A stretch of DNA of 64,000 bases, from contig CAYSGJ010000217.1 in assembly GCA_964430705.1 (NCBI GenBank), forward strand, positions 218 to 64,217, given 5' to 3'. The notes beneath the pieces are model-generated. The model made no database searches. It saw only the letters and a program-made list of their open reading frames with translations, and was not told where the DNA came from. Of this stretch, positions 15,581-24,625 are shown in pieces. Numbering within the stretch: position 1 is the stretch's first letter; the number at the start of each line of letters is the position of its first letter. The DNA comes from an uncultured Desulfobacterales bacterium. Its GTDB lineage: Bacteria > Desulfobacterota > Desulfobacteria > Desulfobacterales > C00003060. A program made the position numbers and the translations under genes.

Positions 15581-16978
15581 TCACCCCTTATAGCTGATGG
15601 CTTGTCTCTTGAGGATGTCATAGTAAGTAAAGACCCGTCTGACCTGAAATACGGGTTCCGCCCCTCGGCAATATCCGTATTTGCTTTCCTTATAATATTT
15701 GCGCTGCCGCAAAAGCGGCAGCGTCTTTTCAAGAGAAGCCCATTTGTTGGGATCAAGTCCCATATCAGCGGCAATTTTCCGGGCATCGCTCACATGCCCT
15801 TTCCCGACATTGTAGGCGGCTACGGCAATCAATGTCCTGTCCGGTTCCGGTGAGCTGTCATAGGTGTCATAAAGCTTTTTTAAGTATTTGGTTCCGCCCG
15901 CGATGCTTTCGTGGGGATCCAAGCGATTTTTAACCCCCATGTCTCGCGCGGTAGGAAGAGTCAATTGCATGAGCCCTCTAACCCCGGAAAAACTTTTAGC
16001 CCACGGTCTGAACTGCGATTCCTGGTAGATAAGGGCGGCGATCAGCCGCCAGTCAAAACCATACTGTTCTGCTGCGCCGCGGATCGTTTTTTCATACTGC
16101 GGTAGTCGGGTCTTGATCCGTTCCAAAAATTTCTTAACCTCCAAGTGTTCAAATTTCTCGATATAAGCATAATACCGGTTATAGATATCCTGGAAGGTCC
16201 CGTTCTGTAAGATGGTCTCAAAAAAAACATTTATTTCGTCAAGAAGCGCCGTTTCTCCTTTTTTGACAGCCCAACCGAGAAACTGTGATTTTTGAATGGG
16301 AAAAGCAATTCGAATGTCCGGGTAATAGCGTCTGTTTAAAAGGGCCACGTTGGAATCCGCCACAGTAATATCAATTTTACCCTGATTAACGAGGTCCAGG
16401 AGATCTTCTGTCGGGACATTGTGTTGAAGCGCTATGGTAACATCCAGCCCTTCTTTTTTCAATGACCGCAGGCGCTCCTCGTGCGAGGTTCCTGCCCGAA
16501 CGTGCACCCTTTTGCCCCCCAAACCGTTAAGGCTTTTCAGGTCGCCGTTTTTTTTGTGCGTAATGGCCATTTGTTGAACCGGCAAATATCCTGTGGAAAA
16601 GTCCGCAATTCGGAGCTTTGAAGGCGTCACCGTCATGCTCGCAGCCACAAAATGACCTACCTTTCTATCCAGCAACGGGGTCATTTCTACCCAAGAATCC
16701 GCTACCTTGACGGTTAGTTCTACGCCCAAAAAGTCCGCGAAGGCCTTGGCCAGATCATATTCAAAGCCCATGGGTTCGTCGCGGTAGGTGTAGTAGCACT
16801 GGGCGTTGTTTCTTGTGATGACGGTTATAATTCCCGCGTTCAAAATGTCTTCCAGGGTTTTGTTTTGCCTGCAACCGCACAACAGGGCGGCGCAAAGGAC
16901 AAAAAAAATACCCCACGCCCGGATACGATTGCCCCGGGTCTGTTCCCGTGTATTCGTTGCCCCCCGTATTTTTGACAT
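15581..16978 (-). CDS. mltF: membrane-bound lytic murein transglycosylase F (solute-binding-like domain plus SLT domain)
   Basis: Lipobox LLCGC; PBP-type-3-like N-domain; C-terminal SLT motifs ALIYQESQF, GLMQL and AYNVG. Confidence 0.88.
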   Translation of the reverse strand: MSKIRGATNTREQTRGNRIRAWGIFFVLCAALLCGCRQNKTLEDILNAGIITVITRNNAQCYYTYRDEPMGFEYDLAKAFADFLGVELTVKVADSWVEMTPLLDRKVGHFVAASMTVTPSKLRIADFSTGYLPVQQMAITHKKNGDLKSLNGLGGKRVHVRAGTSHEERLRSLKKEGLDVTIALQHNVPTEDLLDLVNQGKIDITVADSNVALLNRRYYPDIRIAFPIQKSQFLGWAVKKGETALLDEINVFFETILQNGTFQDIYNRYYAYIEKFEHLEVKKFLERIKTRLPQYEKTIRGAAEQYGFDWRLIAALIYQESQFRPWAKSFSGVRGLMQLTLPTARDMGVKNRLDPHESIAGGTKYLKKLYDTYDSSPEPDRTLIAVAAYNVGKGHVSDARKIAADMGLDPNKWASLEKTLPLLRQRKYYKESKYGYCRGAEPVFQVRRVFTYYDILKRQAISYKG

Positions 16979-16997
16979 CCGATGCCCCTGCCGCTTA

Positions 16998-18404
16998 CTA
17001 CGCCTCCAGTTTCATTGTGACGTAATACTGTTGACTGCCCCGCTGGATCACCAGCACAACGGATTCCTTGTGGCGGTATTTGATGACCGCCTTGTCAAAA
17101 TTTTCTTTTGTGCGCACGACGATGTCATTGATTTTACGAACAATGTCTCCCGGCTGTGCCCCAATGCTCTCCAGGTAGCAACCCGGACGAAGGGCGGTTA
17201 CCATGACCCCTTCGCCGGCCACAATCCTGTTTTGACGCCGCGATGCGGGGGTGATGTCTTCCACCCTGATGCCCAAAGCCGCATAGGCCCAGGTGTCCGC
17301 CATGTTTTCAGGAAACTCCGTGGAGCGCACGGGGCGCATGTCTTTGGCGCCGTCTTTCCATACCACCAAGGGGATGGTGTCTCCGGCGCTGTAGTCGCTT
17401 ACTCGGGTCAAGTAGGATTCTTTGGAACTAATGCGGTCGTTTCCAACAGCAATAATGACGTCCCCGGTGCGCAGTCCGGCCTCGTGCGCGGGACCGTCGC
17501 TCACGACGCCTGAAACGAGCACGCCCTGGCCCTCAGGCGTATTGAAATAGTTTGTTAGTTTTGGATCGAGATCTTGAACAAAAAGCCCCAGCCAAGGGAA
17601 GTAGACCTCGCCGTACCGGATAAGGTCGTCCATGACCCGCCGTGCCCTGTTTATGGGTATGGCAAAACCGATTCCTTGCGCCTTTGAATAAATGGCGGTC
17701 GTAATACCCACAAGGTCGCCATTGATATTGAGAAGCGGGCCTCCGCTGTTGCCGGGATTGATGGACGCGTCGGTCTGGATGAAATCCCGGTATATCCGTC
17801 CTTCCGCCTGGACTGTGCGATTCAAAGCACTGACGACGCCGGTGGTGACCGTGTGGGAAAAACCGAAAGGGTTGCCAATGGCAATAACCGTTTCTCCGAT
17901 CATGATGTCATCGGAATCGCCCATTTCAATGTCCGCCAGGGGTTCTTGCGTCTCTATCTTGAGCACGGCCAGATCGAAATCCGGTGCTGCCCCTACAAGT
18001 TCGGCCGCGAATTCGAATTGATTCTGCAAAACGACTTTGATCTCCGCACTTCTTGCAATGACATGTTCATTGGTAAGAATATAACCCCGCTTTCCATCCA
18101 CAATAACCCCGGATCCAAGACTTGTTCCCTTGAATTTGCGTCTATATCGGGGTTCAAAAAAATCTCTGAAAAACGAATCAAAAAAGGGGTCCAGGCCGAA
18201 GTCAAAGAAAGGGTTGGAACGTTGCGTGAGTTCGTATTCACTGCTAATATTAACGACTGCAGGACTGATGTCCCTGACGGCCCGAACAACGGCATTTTCC
18301 CTGGCATTGGTGGTGCATTGCCCCGTGGTCGGCGTCAGTGTGAGGGCGCTGATGAAGGCAACGACAAACAGAGGTCTGGACAACATGTTTGAAACACGCA
18401 TCAT
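16998..18404 (-). CDS. degP: periplasmic serine endoprotease DegP/DegQ (HtrA family, two PDZ domains)
   Basis: Catalytic-triad context TNEHV, D(F)DLAVLK and GNSGGPLLN. Signal peptide present, and two PDZ-like C-terminal repeats. Confidence 0.92.
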   Translation of the reverse strand: MMRVSNMLSRPLFVVAFISALTLTPTTGQCTTNARENAVVRAVRDISPAVVNISSEYELTQRSNPFFDFGLDPFFDSFFRDFFEPRYRRKFKGTSLGSGVIVDGKRGYILTNEHVIARSAEIKVVLQNQFEFAAELVGAAPDFDLAVLKIETQEPLADIEMGDSDDIMIGETVIAIGNPFGFSHTVTTGVVSALNRTVQAEGRIYRDFIQTDASINPGNSGGPLLNINGDLVGITTAIYSKAQGIGFAIPINRARRVMDDLIRYGEVYFPWLGLFVQDLDPKLTNYFNTPEGQGVLVSGVVSDGPAHEAGLRTGDVIIAVGNDRISSKESYLTRVSDYSAGDTIPLVVWKDGAKDMRPVRSTEFPENMADTWAYAALGIRVEDITPASRRQNRIVAGEGVMVTALRPGCYLESIGAQPGDIVRKINDIVVRTKENFDKAVIKYRHKESVVLVIQRGSQQYYVTMKLEA

Positions 18405-18443
18405 AGTGGATATTATCTTCCTTTCGAAATCAAAAAGCCTTTC

Positions 18444-18473
18444 TTGACAGGGCGATGCCGATAGCCCTACAAT
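18444..18473 (+). promoter_or_regulatory. strong sigma-70-like promoter
   Basis: TTGACA, 18 nt spacer, TACAAT. Confidence 0.5.
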
Positions 18474-18494
18474 ACATTGTTAAGGGCGATCTTT

Positions 18495-18513
18495 GCAACG
18501 GGAGTTGCTTTTT
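18495..18513 (+). terminator. small terminator-like hairpin
   Basis: GCAAC-GGGA-GTTGC followed by TTTTT. Confidence 0.35.
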
Positions 18514-18528
18514 GGAGCATTCAAAAAG

Positions 18529-18562
18529 GGGGAATCTTCCAAGAAGGTTCCCCTTTTTTTTT
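18529..18562 (+). terminator. strong intrinsic terminator-like hairpin, 28 nt upstream of the radical SAM start codon
   Basis: GGGGAATCTTC-CAA-GAAGGTTCCCC (11-bp stem with one G:U pair) followed by T9. On the opposite strand the hairpin is followed by CTTTTT. Confidence 0.6.
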
Positions 18563-18589
18563 CATTGAAACGGTTTAAAAAGAGATACC

Positions 18590-21100
18590 ATGAACGACCG
18601 ATTGTTGGAAACAATTATCTCCCTGGTCCAAAACCCCAGCCACTATCTCGGGTCTGAGATCGGTGCGATCAAAAAAGATCCCAAAACGGTGCTGCTCAGG
18701 ATGGCTTTGGCTTTCCCCGATCTCTACGAAGTGGGGATGTCTTACCTTGGCCTGCAGATCCTATACCATGTTTTAAACCAGCAACAAGGTTTTGTGGCGG
18801 AAAGGGTGTTTGCGCCCGGCGTCGACCTGGAATCCGAGCTTCGAAGCCACGACGTGCCCCTGTGTTCGCTTGAGACTCGGACGCCCCTTTCAGATTTCGA
18901 TATTGTTGGTTTTAGTCTGCTGTATGAACTCAATTTCTCCGGAGTTTTGAATATATTGGATCTGTCTCGGATACCCATGTTTTCCAAAGATCGCGATGAG
19001 TCACACCCCTTGGTCGTTGCAGGGGGGCCGTGTGCCTTCAACCCGGAACCCCTGGCGGATTTTTTTGATGCCATGGTGATTGGAGACGGCGAAGACGTCC
19101 TGGTTGAAATGGCTTATGCCTGGCTGAAATGGAAACGTGGCGGTGGCGATCGACGGGCCTTACTCAGGCGATGGGCCCAGCTGAAAGGGGTCTATATTCC
19201 CTCTTTTTTTGAGCCCTACTGGAACGCTCAGGGCCTTCAGGTCCTTACCCCTCGGCTGCCGGGCTATTCCTTGGTTCGAAAAGCCCTGGTTCCAGACCTG
19301 AACTTGCGCGCCTACCCCACCCAGCCGGTGATTCCTTACGGCAGGCCTATCCACGACCGGCTGAGTCTCGAGGTTTGTCGGGGATGCACCAGGGGATGCC
19401 GATTCTGCCAGGCCGGCATGATATACCGGCCGGTCAGAGAGCGGGATCCGGAAAAACTCCTTGCAACGGCAGGGCAGGCCCTGACGGCTACCGGCTACGA
19501 GGACATCTCACTGCTTTCTCTAAGTACCGGCGATTACGGGCCGCTTCAGGGGGTCATGGAGCGGCTTATGGGCCGATGTGCGCCCGAGAGAATCGCTGTT
19601 TCGTTGCCCTCGCTTCGGGTGGGAAGTCTGACGGACGCTCTCATGGCTCAAATCAAACGGGTCAGAAAAACCGGTTTCACCATTGCCCCGGAGGCGGGGA
19701 GCCAGCGACTCCGAGATGTAATTAATAAAAACATTACCGAAGAAGCCTTGACAGACACGATCCAGCAAGCCTTTGGGCTCGGCTGGCGTCTGGTGAAGCT
19801 GTATTTTATGGTCGGACTGCCTTCGGAGACGGAAGAAGACCTCAAAGACATTGTCTCGCTGGTAAGACGCCTGCAAAAGGCCTGTGTTGGCAAGGGCCGA
19901 ATAGGCGATATCACCGTCAGCGTTTCTACCTTTATTCCTAAGGCCCACACCCCTTTTCAATGGTGTCCACAGGTGTCGCTGGGCGAGAGTAAAGATAAGA
20001 TCCGTATGCTCAAAGATGCCCTGCGAGGAAAGGGCCTGCGCTTCAAGTGGCAAAACCCTGAAATGAGCCTTATAGAAGGACTTTGGGCCAGGGGGGACAG
20101 GCGTTTGAGCCGTTTACTGGTGAAGGCGCACGAGATGGGATGCCGCTTGGACGGTTGGAGCGACCAGTTTGTTTTCCAGCGGTGGCAAAAAGCGGTGGAG
20201 GCTTCCGAGATAGACACGGCCCGTTTTACCGGGGCAAAAGATGTTTCGGAACCGCTTCCCTGGGATCATGTGAAATGCGGGGTTTCCAAAAGTTTTCTCC
20301 AAGACGAATGGCAACGTGCTTTGGCCGGGCGATGTACTGAGGACTGCCGACAAGGCCGGTGCAATGAATGCGGCGTTTGCGATTTTGAAACGGTCAAACC
20401 GCTAACGTTTGATCCACGCACCGTCGGCCTGAACCACAGGGTTTCTCAAGACGTTCAGCCGCCCGCTGCCTTCAAGAAGTTAAGGCTTTCCTATGAAAAA
20501 CGCGGCCGGGCAAGATTTTTCGGCCACCTTGAGATGGTGAAGATTTTTATCAGGGCTTTGAGGCGGGCCAAGATCCCGCTGAAGTTTTCTGAGGGATTTC
20601 ACCCTGCGCCAAAGTGTTCTTTCCATGGGGCCCTGGCTGTGGGTATTGAGAGCACCGTGGAGTTTTTTACGGTAGAGGTCCCGTTTTTTGTAAGGCCCGA
20701 TTCCGTCTTGGTCCGGGTGAACCAGACCCTGCCCGACGGCCTTCATATCACACGCTGTGAAGCGGTGTTCGGAAAGTCCGCCCAGGAAATGCCGGAACGG
20801 TTCCAATACAAAGTCCGCTTGAAAGATGAAACTTTTTCCCAGAGCAAACTTGAGGCGTTTCTGGGGTGCTCAACCTGGGTATTGGAGAGAAAAAATAAAA
20901 AAGGCCGGACCAGCACGGTGGACCTCAAGGCTGTTGTTGTTGACATGTATCAGATGTCTTCCAATACGATTCGGATGACCCTGGATGTTTCCGGCCTTCA
21001 GGTGAGGCCCACAGAAGTCCTCAAAGAGGTCTTTGGCCTGGATGAAAGGACATTGAAGCTGGCATCCATCCTGAAGGAACCGGTTTCCCCAACCCGGTAG
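18590..21100 (+). CDS. B12-binding-domain radical SAM protein fused to a DUF2344-type radical-SAM-linked domain
   Basis: Cluster motif CRGCTRGCRFCQAG. The N-terminal Rossmann-like region and the ~230-aa C-terminal extension match, from memory, the uncharacterised TIGR03960/TIGR03936-type pair. Confidence 0.8.
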   Translation: MNDRLLETIISLVQNPSHYLGSEIGAIKKDPKTVLLRMALAFPDLYEVGMSYLGLQILYHVLNQQQGFVAERVFAPGVDLESELRSHDVPLCSLETRTPLSDFDIVGFSLLYELNFSGVLNILDLSRIPMFSKDRDESHPLVVAGGPCAFNPEPLADFFDAMVIGDGEDVLVEMAYAWLKWKRGGGDRRALLRRWAQLKGVYIPSFFEPYWNAQGLQVLTPRLPGYSLVRKALVPDLNLRAYPTQPVIPYGRPIHDRLSLEVCRGCTRGCRFCQAGMIYRPVRERDPEKLLATAGQALTATGYEDISLLSLSTGDYGPLQGVMERLMGRCAPERIAVSLPSLRVGSLTDALMAQIKRVRKTGFTIAPEAGSQRLRDVINKNITEEALTDTIQQAFGLGWRLVKLYFMVGLPSETEEDLKDIVSLVRRLQKACVGKGRIGDITVSVSTFIPKAHTPFQWCPQVSLGESKDKIRMLKDALRGKGLRFKWQNPEMSLIEGLWARGDRRLSRLLVKAHEMGCRLDGWSDQFVFQRWQKAVEASEIDTARFTGAKDVSEPLPWDHVKCGVSKSFLQDEWQRALAGRCTEDCRQGRCNECGVCDFETVKPLTFDPRTVGLNHRVSQDVQPPAAFKKLRLSYEKRGRARFFGHLEMVKIFIRALRRAKIPLKFSEGFHPAPKCSFHGALAVGIESTVEFFTVEVPFFVRPDSVLVRVNQTLPDGLHITRCEAVFGKSAQEMPERFQYKVRLKDETFSQSKLEAFLGCSTWVLERKNKKGRTSTVDLKAVVVDMYQMSSNTIRMTLDVSGLQVRPTEVLKEVFGLDERTLKLASILKEPVSPTR

Positions 21101-21150
21101 AAAAAAACAGGACGTCGGGACCCCCTTCGGGTGTTCTTCAGATCTCCGTG

Positions 21151-21588
21151 CTAATGAATCGTAGTTTTTTCTTGCGAGTTTCTCTTGATGAGCTCCAGGG
21201 TTCCCCTCACGTTGTCTTTGACTTCCTCGGCTGTTTTTCGCAGTTGGCGAAGTTTTTTCCCGAATGTTTCAAAGACTTCCTGAAAAGCTTCCATGTCTAT
21301 CTTGATTTCGCTCAACATTTTTTCTCGTTTCAGGTAGTCTTGGTAGGCCTCGAGAATTTTCTGGTTTACCGGCGAGAGATTGCCGATTTTCATCTTCAAT
21401 AGATAGGTGTTTGATCCTTCCTTCTGCACACATTCACAAAGGGTGACGGTCCCATTCAAGAGAAAAGATCTGATAAGAATGCCCTTCGGCAATCGGATTT
21501 CCACGTCCATTTTGGTTCCCACGGGCTTTGGCGTATCGGTACGCAACAACACAGATTCGTCGTTAAAGGTAATCAGTTTGCTCGCCAT
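21151..21588 (-). CDS. hypothetical protein (PilZ-like beta-barrel N-domain without RxxxR, plus coiled-coil tail)
   Basis: 145-aa ORF with an RBS (GAGAAGGAAAGGGG) and a sigma-54 promoter upstream. No canonical PilZ motifs are present. Confidence 0.6.
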   Translation of the reverse strand: MASKLITFNDESVLLRTDTPKPVGTKMDVEIRLPKGILIRSFLLNGTVTLCECVQKEGSNTYLLKMKIGNLSPVNQKILEAYQDYLKREKMLSEIKIDMEAFQEVFETFGKKLRQLRKTAEEVKDNVRGTLELIKRNSQEKTTIH

Positions 21589-21646
21589 GGTGATTTTAAC
21601 CCCTTTCCTTCTCGGTGACGCTTCCCGGTATCATAACAACAGAGTT

Positions 21647-21662
21647 AGCAACGTTGATGCCA
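21647..21662 (-). promoter_or_regulatory. sigma-54 (-24/-12) promoter
   Basis: On the minus strand: TGGCAT-CAACG-TTGCT. It lies 58 nt upstream of the ATG at 21588. Confidence 0.6.
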
Positions 21663-21835
21663 AAAGGCCGAGGCCAACTTTTTCGTTTTAATTTCGGGGC
21701 ATTAGAAGATAATGGGTGTCTGTTGCCATAAGGGTGTAAGGGCACTTCTCTGGACTATTTGGGCAAAAATTTACCATTCTAATCCTCCAGTGATTTAACG
21801 CAAAGAGAAAAAAGTGGTCTTTAAACGGCAGGAGA

Positions 21836-22003
21836 TTATACCCTGTCGCAACGGAACATGGCGATCCGTTCCAGTGTCTTCTCGTCGAGTTCCTCGATGA
21901 GGTCTTTGATGGGATATTTGCGACCGCAGTCCATGCAGCCGAATGTGACAGACCGTCAGGTCTTGATCAGCATAAGAGGACCATCGCATTGTTTACAGAA
22001 CAC
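21836..22003 (-). CDS. small zinc-ribbon protein interrupted by an in-frame TGA at codon 16 (candidate selenoprotein or nonsense pseudogene)
   Basis: GTG start 12 nt after AAGGAGGA. Translation: VFCKQCDGPLMLIKT-TGA-RSVTFGCMDCGRKYPIKDLIEELDEKTLERIAMFRCDRV. The two CxxC pairs flank the TGA. A TATAAT box lies at 22047-22052 on the minus strand. Confidence 0.35.
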
Positions 22004-22357
22004 TGTCGGGGCTGTTCCTCCTTTCGGGCACGAATGGCTAAGAGGTATTATACACAGTTCTCAAGGATTGTGGAAGATCATTGCGTTATCGCGACGTCCG
22101 TGGGTTTCCGGCATGGGGCGGCCGTGAAAATGCGGGCAACCCGGGACCAACAAGCCCTCGGTGATTTTATATCAAAGACCTGCGTTTTTGGGGAATGAAG
22201 CCGCCGCCATGTCCTTTTGCGGAGGTTTTGCCGCCAAGCATGTACCGCCGTGACGGTATGGGCGGGCTGACACGGCCAATAGAAATATCTACGCCTTCGC
22301 ACGGAAGCGCTATGCACGAAAGTGGCAGGGATCTTCCGACGCGGATAGGTTTAGCAC

Positions 22358-23737
22358 CTATTTTCCAATACAAAATCGGCCAAAGATTGCATCGAGGATA
22401 TCTTCGGTGGTTGTAACGCCGATGACTTCACCCAACGCGTCCAACGCATCTTTCAGGTCAATGGCCACCAATTCCGCGGGCCGATAGGTCCCGAGACCTT
22501 CTGCCGCCGTTTTGGAGGCGGACAACGCCCTCTCCAGGGCCAGCTTGTGTCGGAGGTTGGGCACGATGCCGGGAAGATCCGCGGGTCCCGTTTGATCAGT
22601 AGCCAGAGAAACGACCGCGGTTTTCAATGTTTCCATGCCTTCGTCCAACAAAGCGGAAATTCGAACGGATGGAACCCCGGCGAAACGTTCTATAAGAGAC
22701 GGAATCGGTTCATGGGGGGGCAGGTCCTGTTTGTTGATGACTAAAATGGTTTTTCGGTTTTTGACCATGTTGAAGATTTTCAAGTCTTCTCCGGCGACCG
22801 GGGTGCTGCAATCCACCATGAAAAGGACGATATCCGCTTTATCGAGGCGCTGCCTGGTCTGTGCAATGCCCATCGCTTCCAGGGTATCTTCGGTGTCATG
22901 GAGTCCCGCCGTATCGATGATCCGCAAAGGAATGCCTTTGATATTAACGGTTTCTTCAATAAAATCCCGGGTGGTTCCAGGGATGGTCGTGACAATGGCG
23001 CGTTGTTTTTTCAGAAAGCGATTCATCAGGCTTGACTTTCCCACATTGGGCCGACCGATAATAATGGCGGAAACGCCCTCCCGGTACACGTGGCCTTCGT
23101 CATAGTGGGCCAGGAGTTCTTCCATCGGCCCAACGACCTTTTGTTCAATCACTGCCGCAAAGTGTTCCGCTTGGATAATTTCTTCCACATCTTCCGGAAA
23201 ATCAATGGCTGCTTCTACTTCGACGAGCAGATCTTTGATCGGCGCCCTGATGGCTTGGACGGCCCTGGAAAGGTCTCCTGTGAGTTGTTTTGTCGCCAGT
23301 TCCAGGCCCTCGGTGGTTTGCGCCGAGATTACCTCTGCGACGGCTTCTGCTTGTGCCAAATCAATGCGGCCATTCAAAAAAGCCCGCTTGGTAAACTCTC
23401 CCGGTTCCGCCAAGCGTATGCCTTGTTTGAGCACCAGCTCCAGGATTTTATGAAGGCCGCACCGACTGCCGTGGGCCTGGATTTCCAGAATATCTTCTCG
23501 TGTGTAGGTGTGCGGGGCGTTCATGACGGCAAAGAGGGTTTCGTCGATTACCTTTTGGGTTTCAGGGTCGATGACGAAACCACGATACAAACGGCGGGAG
23601 TGCAGTATCGGCAACCCTTTCGAAGTACGCAGGAGCACATTTACCAGCGCACAGGCTTTGGGTCCGGAGATTTTTACGATACCAATACCACCTTGGCCTG
23701 CAGGAGTGGCGATTGCTGCTATGGTGTCGCTGTCCAT
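22358..23737 (-). CDS. mnmE: tRNA uridine-5-carboxymethylaminomethyl modification GTPase
   Basis: G-domain motifs GRPNVGKSS, DTAG and NKQD, and the C-terminal CIGK signature. Confidence 0.95.
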   Translation of the reverse strand: MDSDTIAAIATPAGQGGIGIVKISGPKACALVNVLLRTSKGLPILHSRRLYRGFVIDPETQKVIDETLFAVMNAPHTYTREDILEIQAHGSRCGLHKILELVLKQGIRLAEPGEFTKRAFLNGRIDLAQAEAVAEVISAQTTEGLELATKQLTGDLSRAVQAIRAPIKDLLVEVEAAIDFPEDVEEIIQAEHFAAVIEQKVVGPMEELLAHYDEGHVYREGVSAIIIGRPNVGKSSLMNRFLKKQRAIVTTIPGTTRDFIEETVNIKGIPLRIIDTAGLHDTEDTLEAMGIAQTRQRLDKADIVLFMVDCSTPVAGEDLKIFNMVKNRKTILVINKQDLPPHEPIPSLIERFAGVPSVRISALLDEGMETLKTAVVSLATDQTGPADLPGIVPNLRHKLALERALSASKTAAEGLGTYRPAELVAIDLKDALDALGEVIGVTTTEDILDAIFGRFCIGK

Positions 23738-23905
23738 GCCGTAGACCTTGCTTGAGCATTCCGATGTGAAACATTGCGATTGGCGCCGGCGGCTCCAAGA
23801 GAAAAGGGTGGGGCTGGTTTAACAAGGGGCTTTCGGGGTGTCTTCAAAATGCCAACACGCCACCGTTTTTTTCGTACAATGAGCCATCGATTTGAAAACA
23901 AGAAA

Positions 23906-24610
23906 CTAGCTTGTGCGGTTGGTTCTTTGTTGCTGCTTCTTCTGGGGGTAGATCACAAGCTTTCTCAGCGCTCCAGACCCCATGCTTTGGGTTCGAACCT
24001 TGGACTCATCTTTCAACGTCACGTGAACAATTCTTCTGTCATAGGCGTTCATCGGGCTGATAGTGGCGGGTTTGCCGGTACGCTTTACCTTTTCCGCCAG
24101 TCGCAAAGCCAACTGCGTCAGTGATGCCTTCCTCCGATCGCGATATCCTTCCACATCCACCACAATGCGTTTTTTGCTTTTATTCGCTTTTTGGACGATT
24201 TTCTGCACAAGATATTGAAGGGCATCCAATGTTCTGCCGTGTTTTCCTATGAGCAGTGCCGAGTTGTTTCCTGCTATGTTCAACCTCAGGGTGTCCGATT
24301 CATTGTGAACGGTGACCGTGGCATCTTCTACGATAAAGGTAACGAGTTTTTCGAGGGCCTTTTGGGCTAGTTCCGCCACGTCCTCAATCGGATACATTGA
24401 CGCAGGGACTTCTTCGGGTTCCGGTTTGTGAGATTGTGGTGCGATAACTTTTATTCTGGCTTTTTTGACACCCACGAGGCCGAATATTCCAGTGGAGCCG
24501 TACGAAAGCACCTCTACCTCCAGCTGGTCTTCAGAAAGGCCCAGCGCGTCACAAGCCCTAACCAGGGCTTCTTCTTTGGTCTTACCTTCAAATTCATACT
24601 CAGACGTCAT
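23906..24610 (-). CDS. jag: Jag-type KH/R3H RNA-binding protein
   Basis: R3H context (MNAYDRRIVHVTL), a KH-like central domain, and a position directly downstream of yidC. Confidence 0.85.
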   Translation of the reverse strand: MTSEYEFEGKTKEEALVRACDALGLSEDQLEVEVLSYGSTGIFGLVGVKKARIKVIAPQSHKPEPEEVPASMYPIEDVAELAQKALEKLVTFIVEDATVTVHNESDTLRLNIAGNNSALLIGKHGRTLDALQYLVQKIVQKANKSKKRIVVDVEGYRDRRKASLTQLALRLAEKVKRTGKPATISPMNAYDRRIVHVTLKDESKVRTQSMGSGALRKLVIYPQKKQQQRTNRTS

Positions 24611-24625
24611 GGAGATCCTCCGTCT

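Noticed and set aside
22004-22357. RNase P RNA (because rnpA is nearby), tmRNA, SRP RNA, tRNA-Sec (the 5' GGAAGATC resembles E. coli selC), or a cobalamin riboswitch (CCCTGCCACT resembles a B12 box)
   Set aside because: The universally conserved blocks are absent: GGAAAGTCCGG and ACAGAA-CCGGCTTA for RNase P, the tRNA-like acceptor for tmRNA, GGAAGCAGCC for SRP, and GGTGAAAATCC plus upstream GGGAA for B12. The GGAAGATC/GATCTTCC pair is about 258 nt apart, far too long for a tRNA-Sec.
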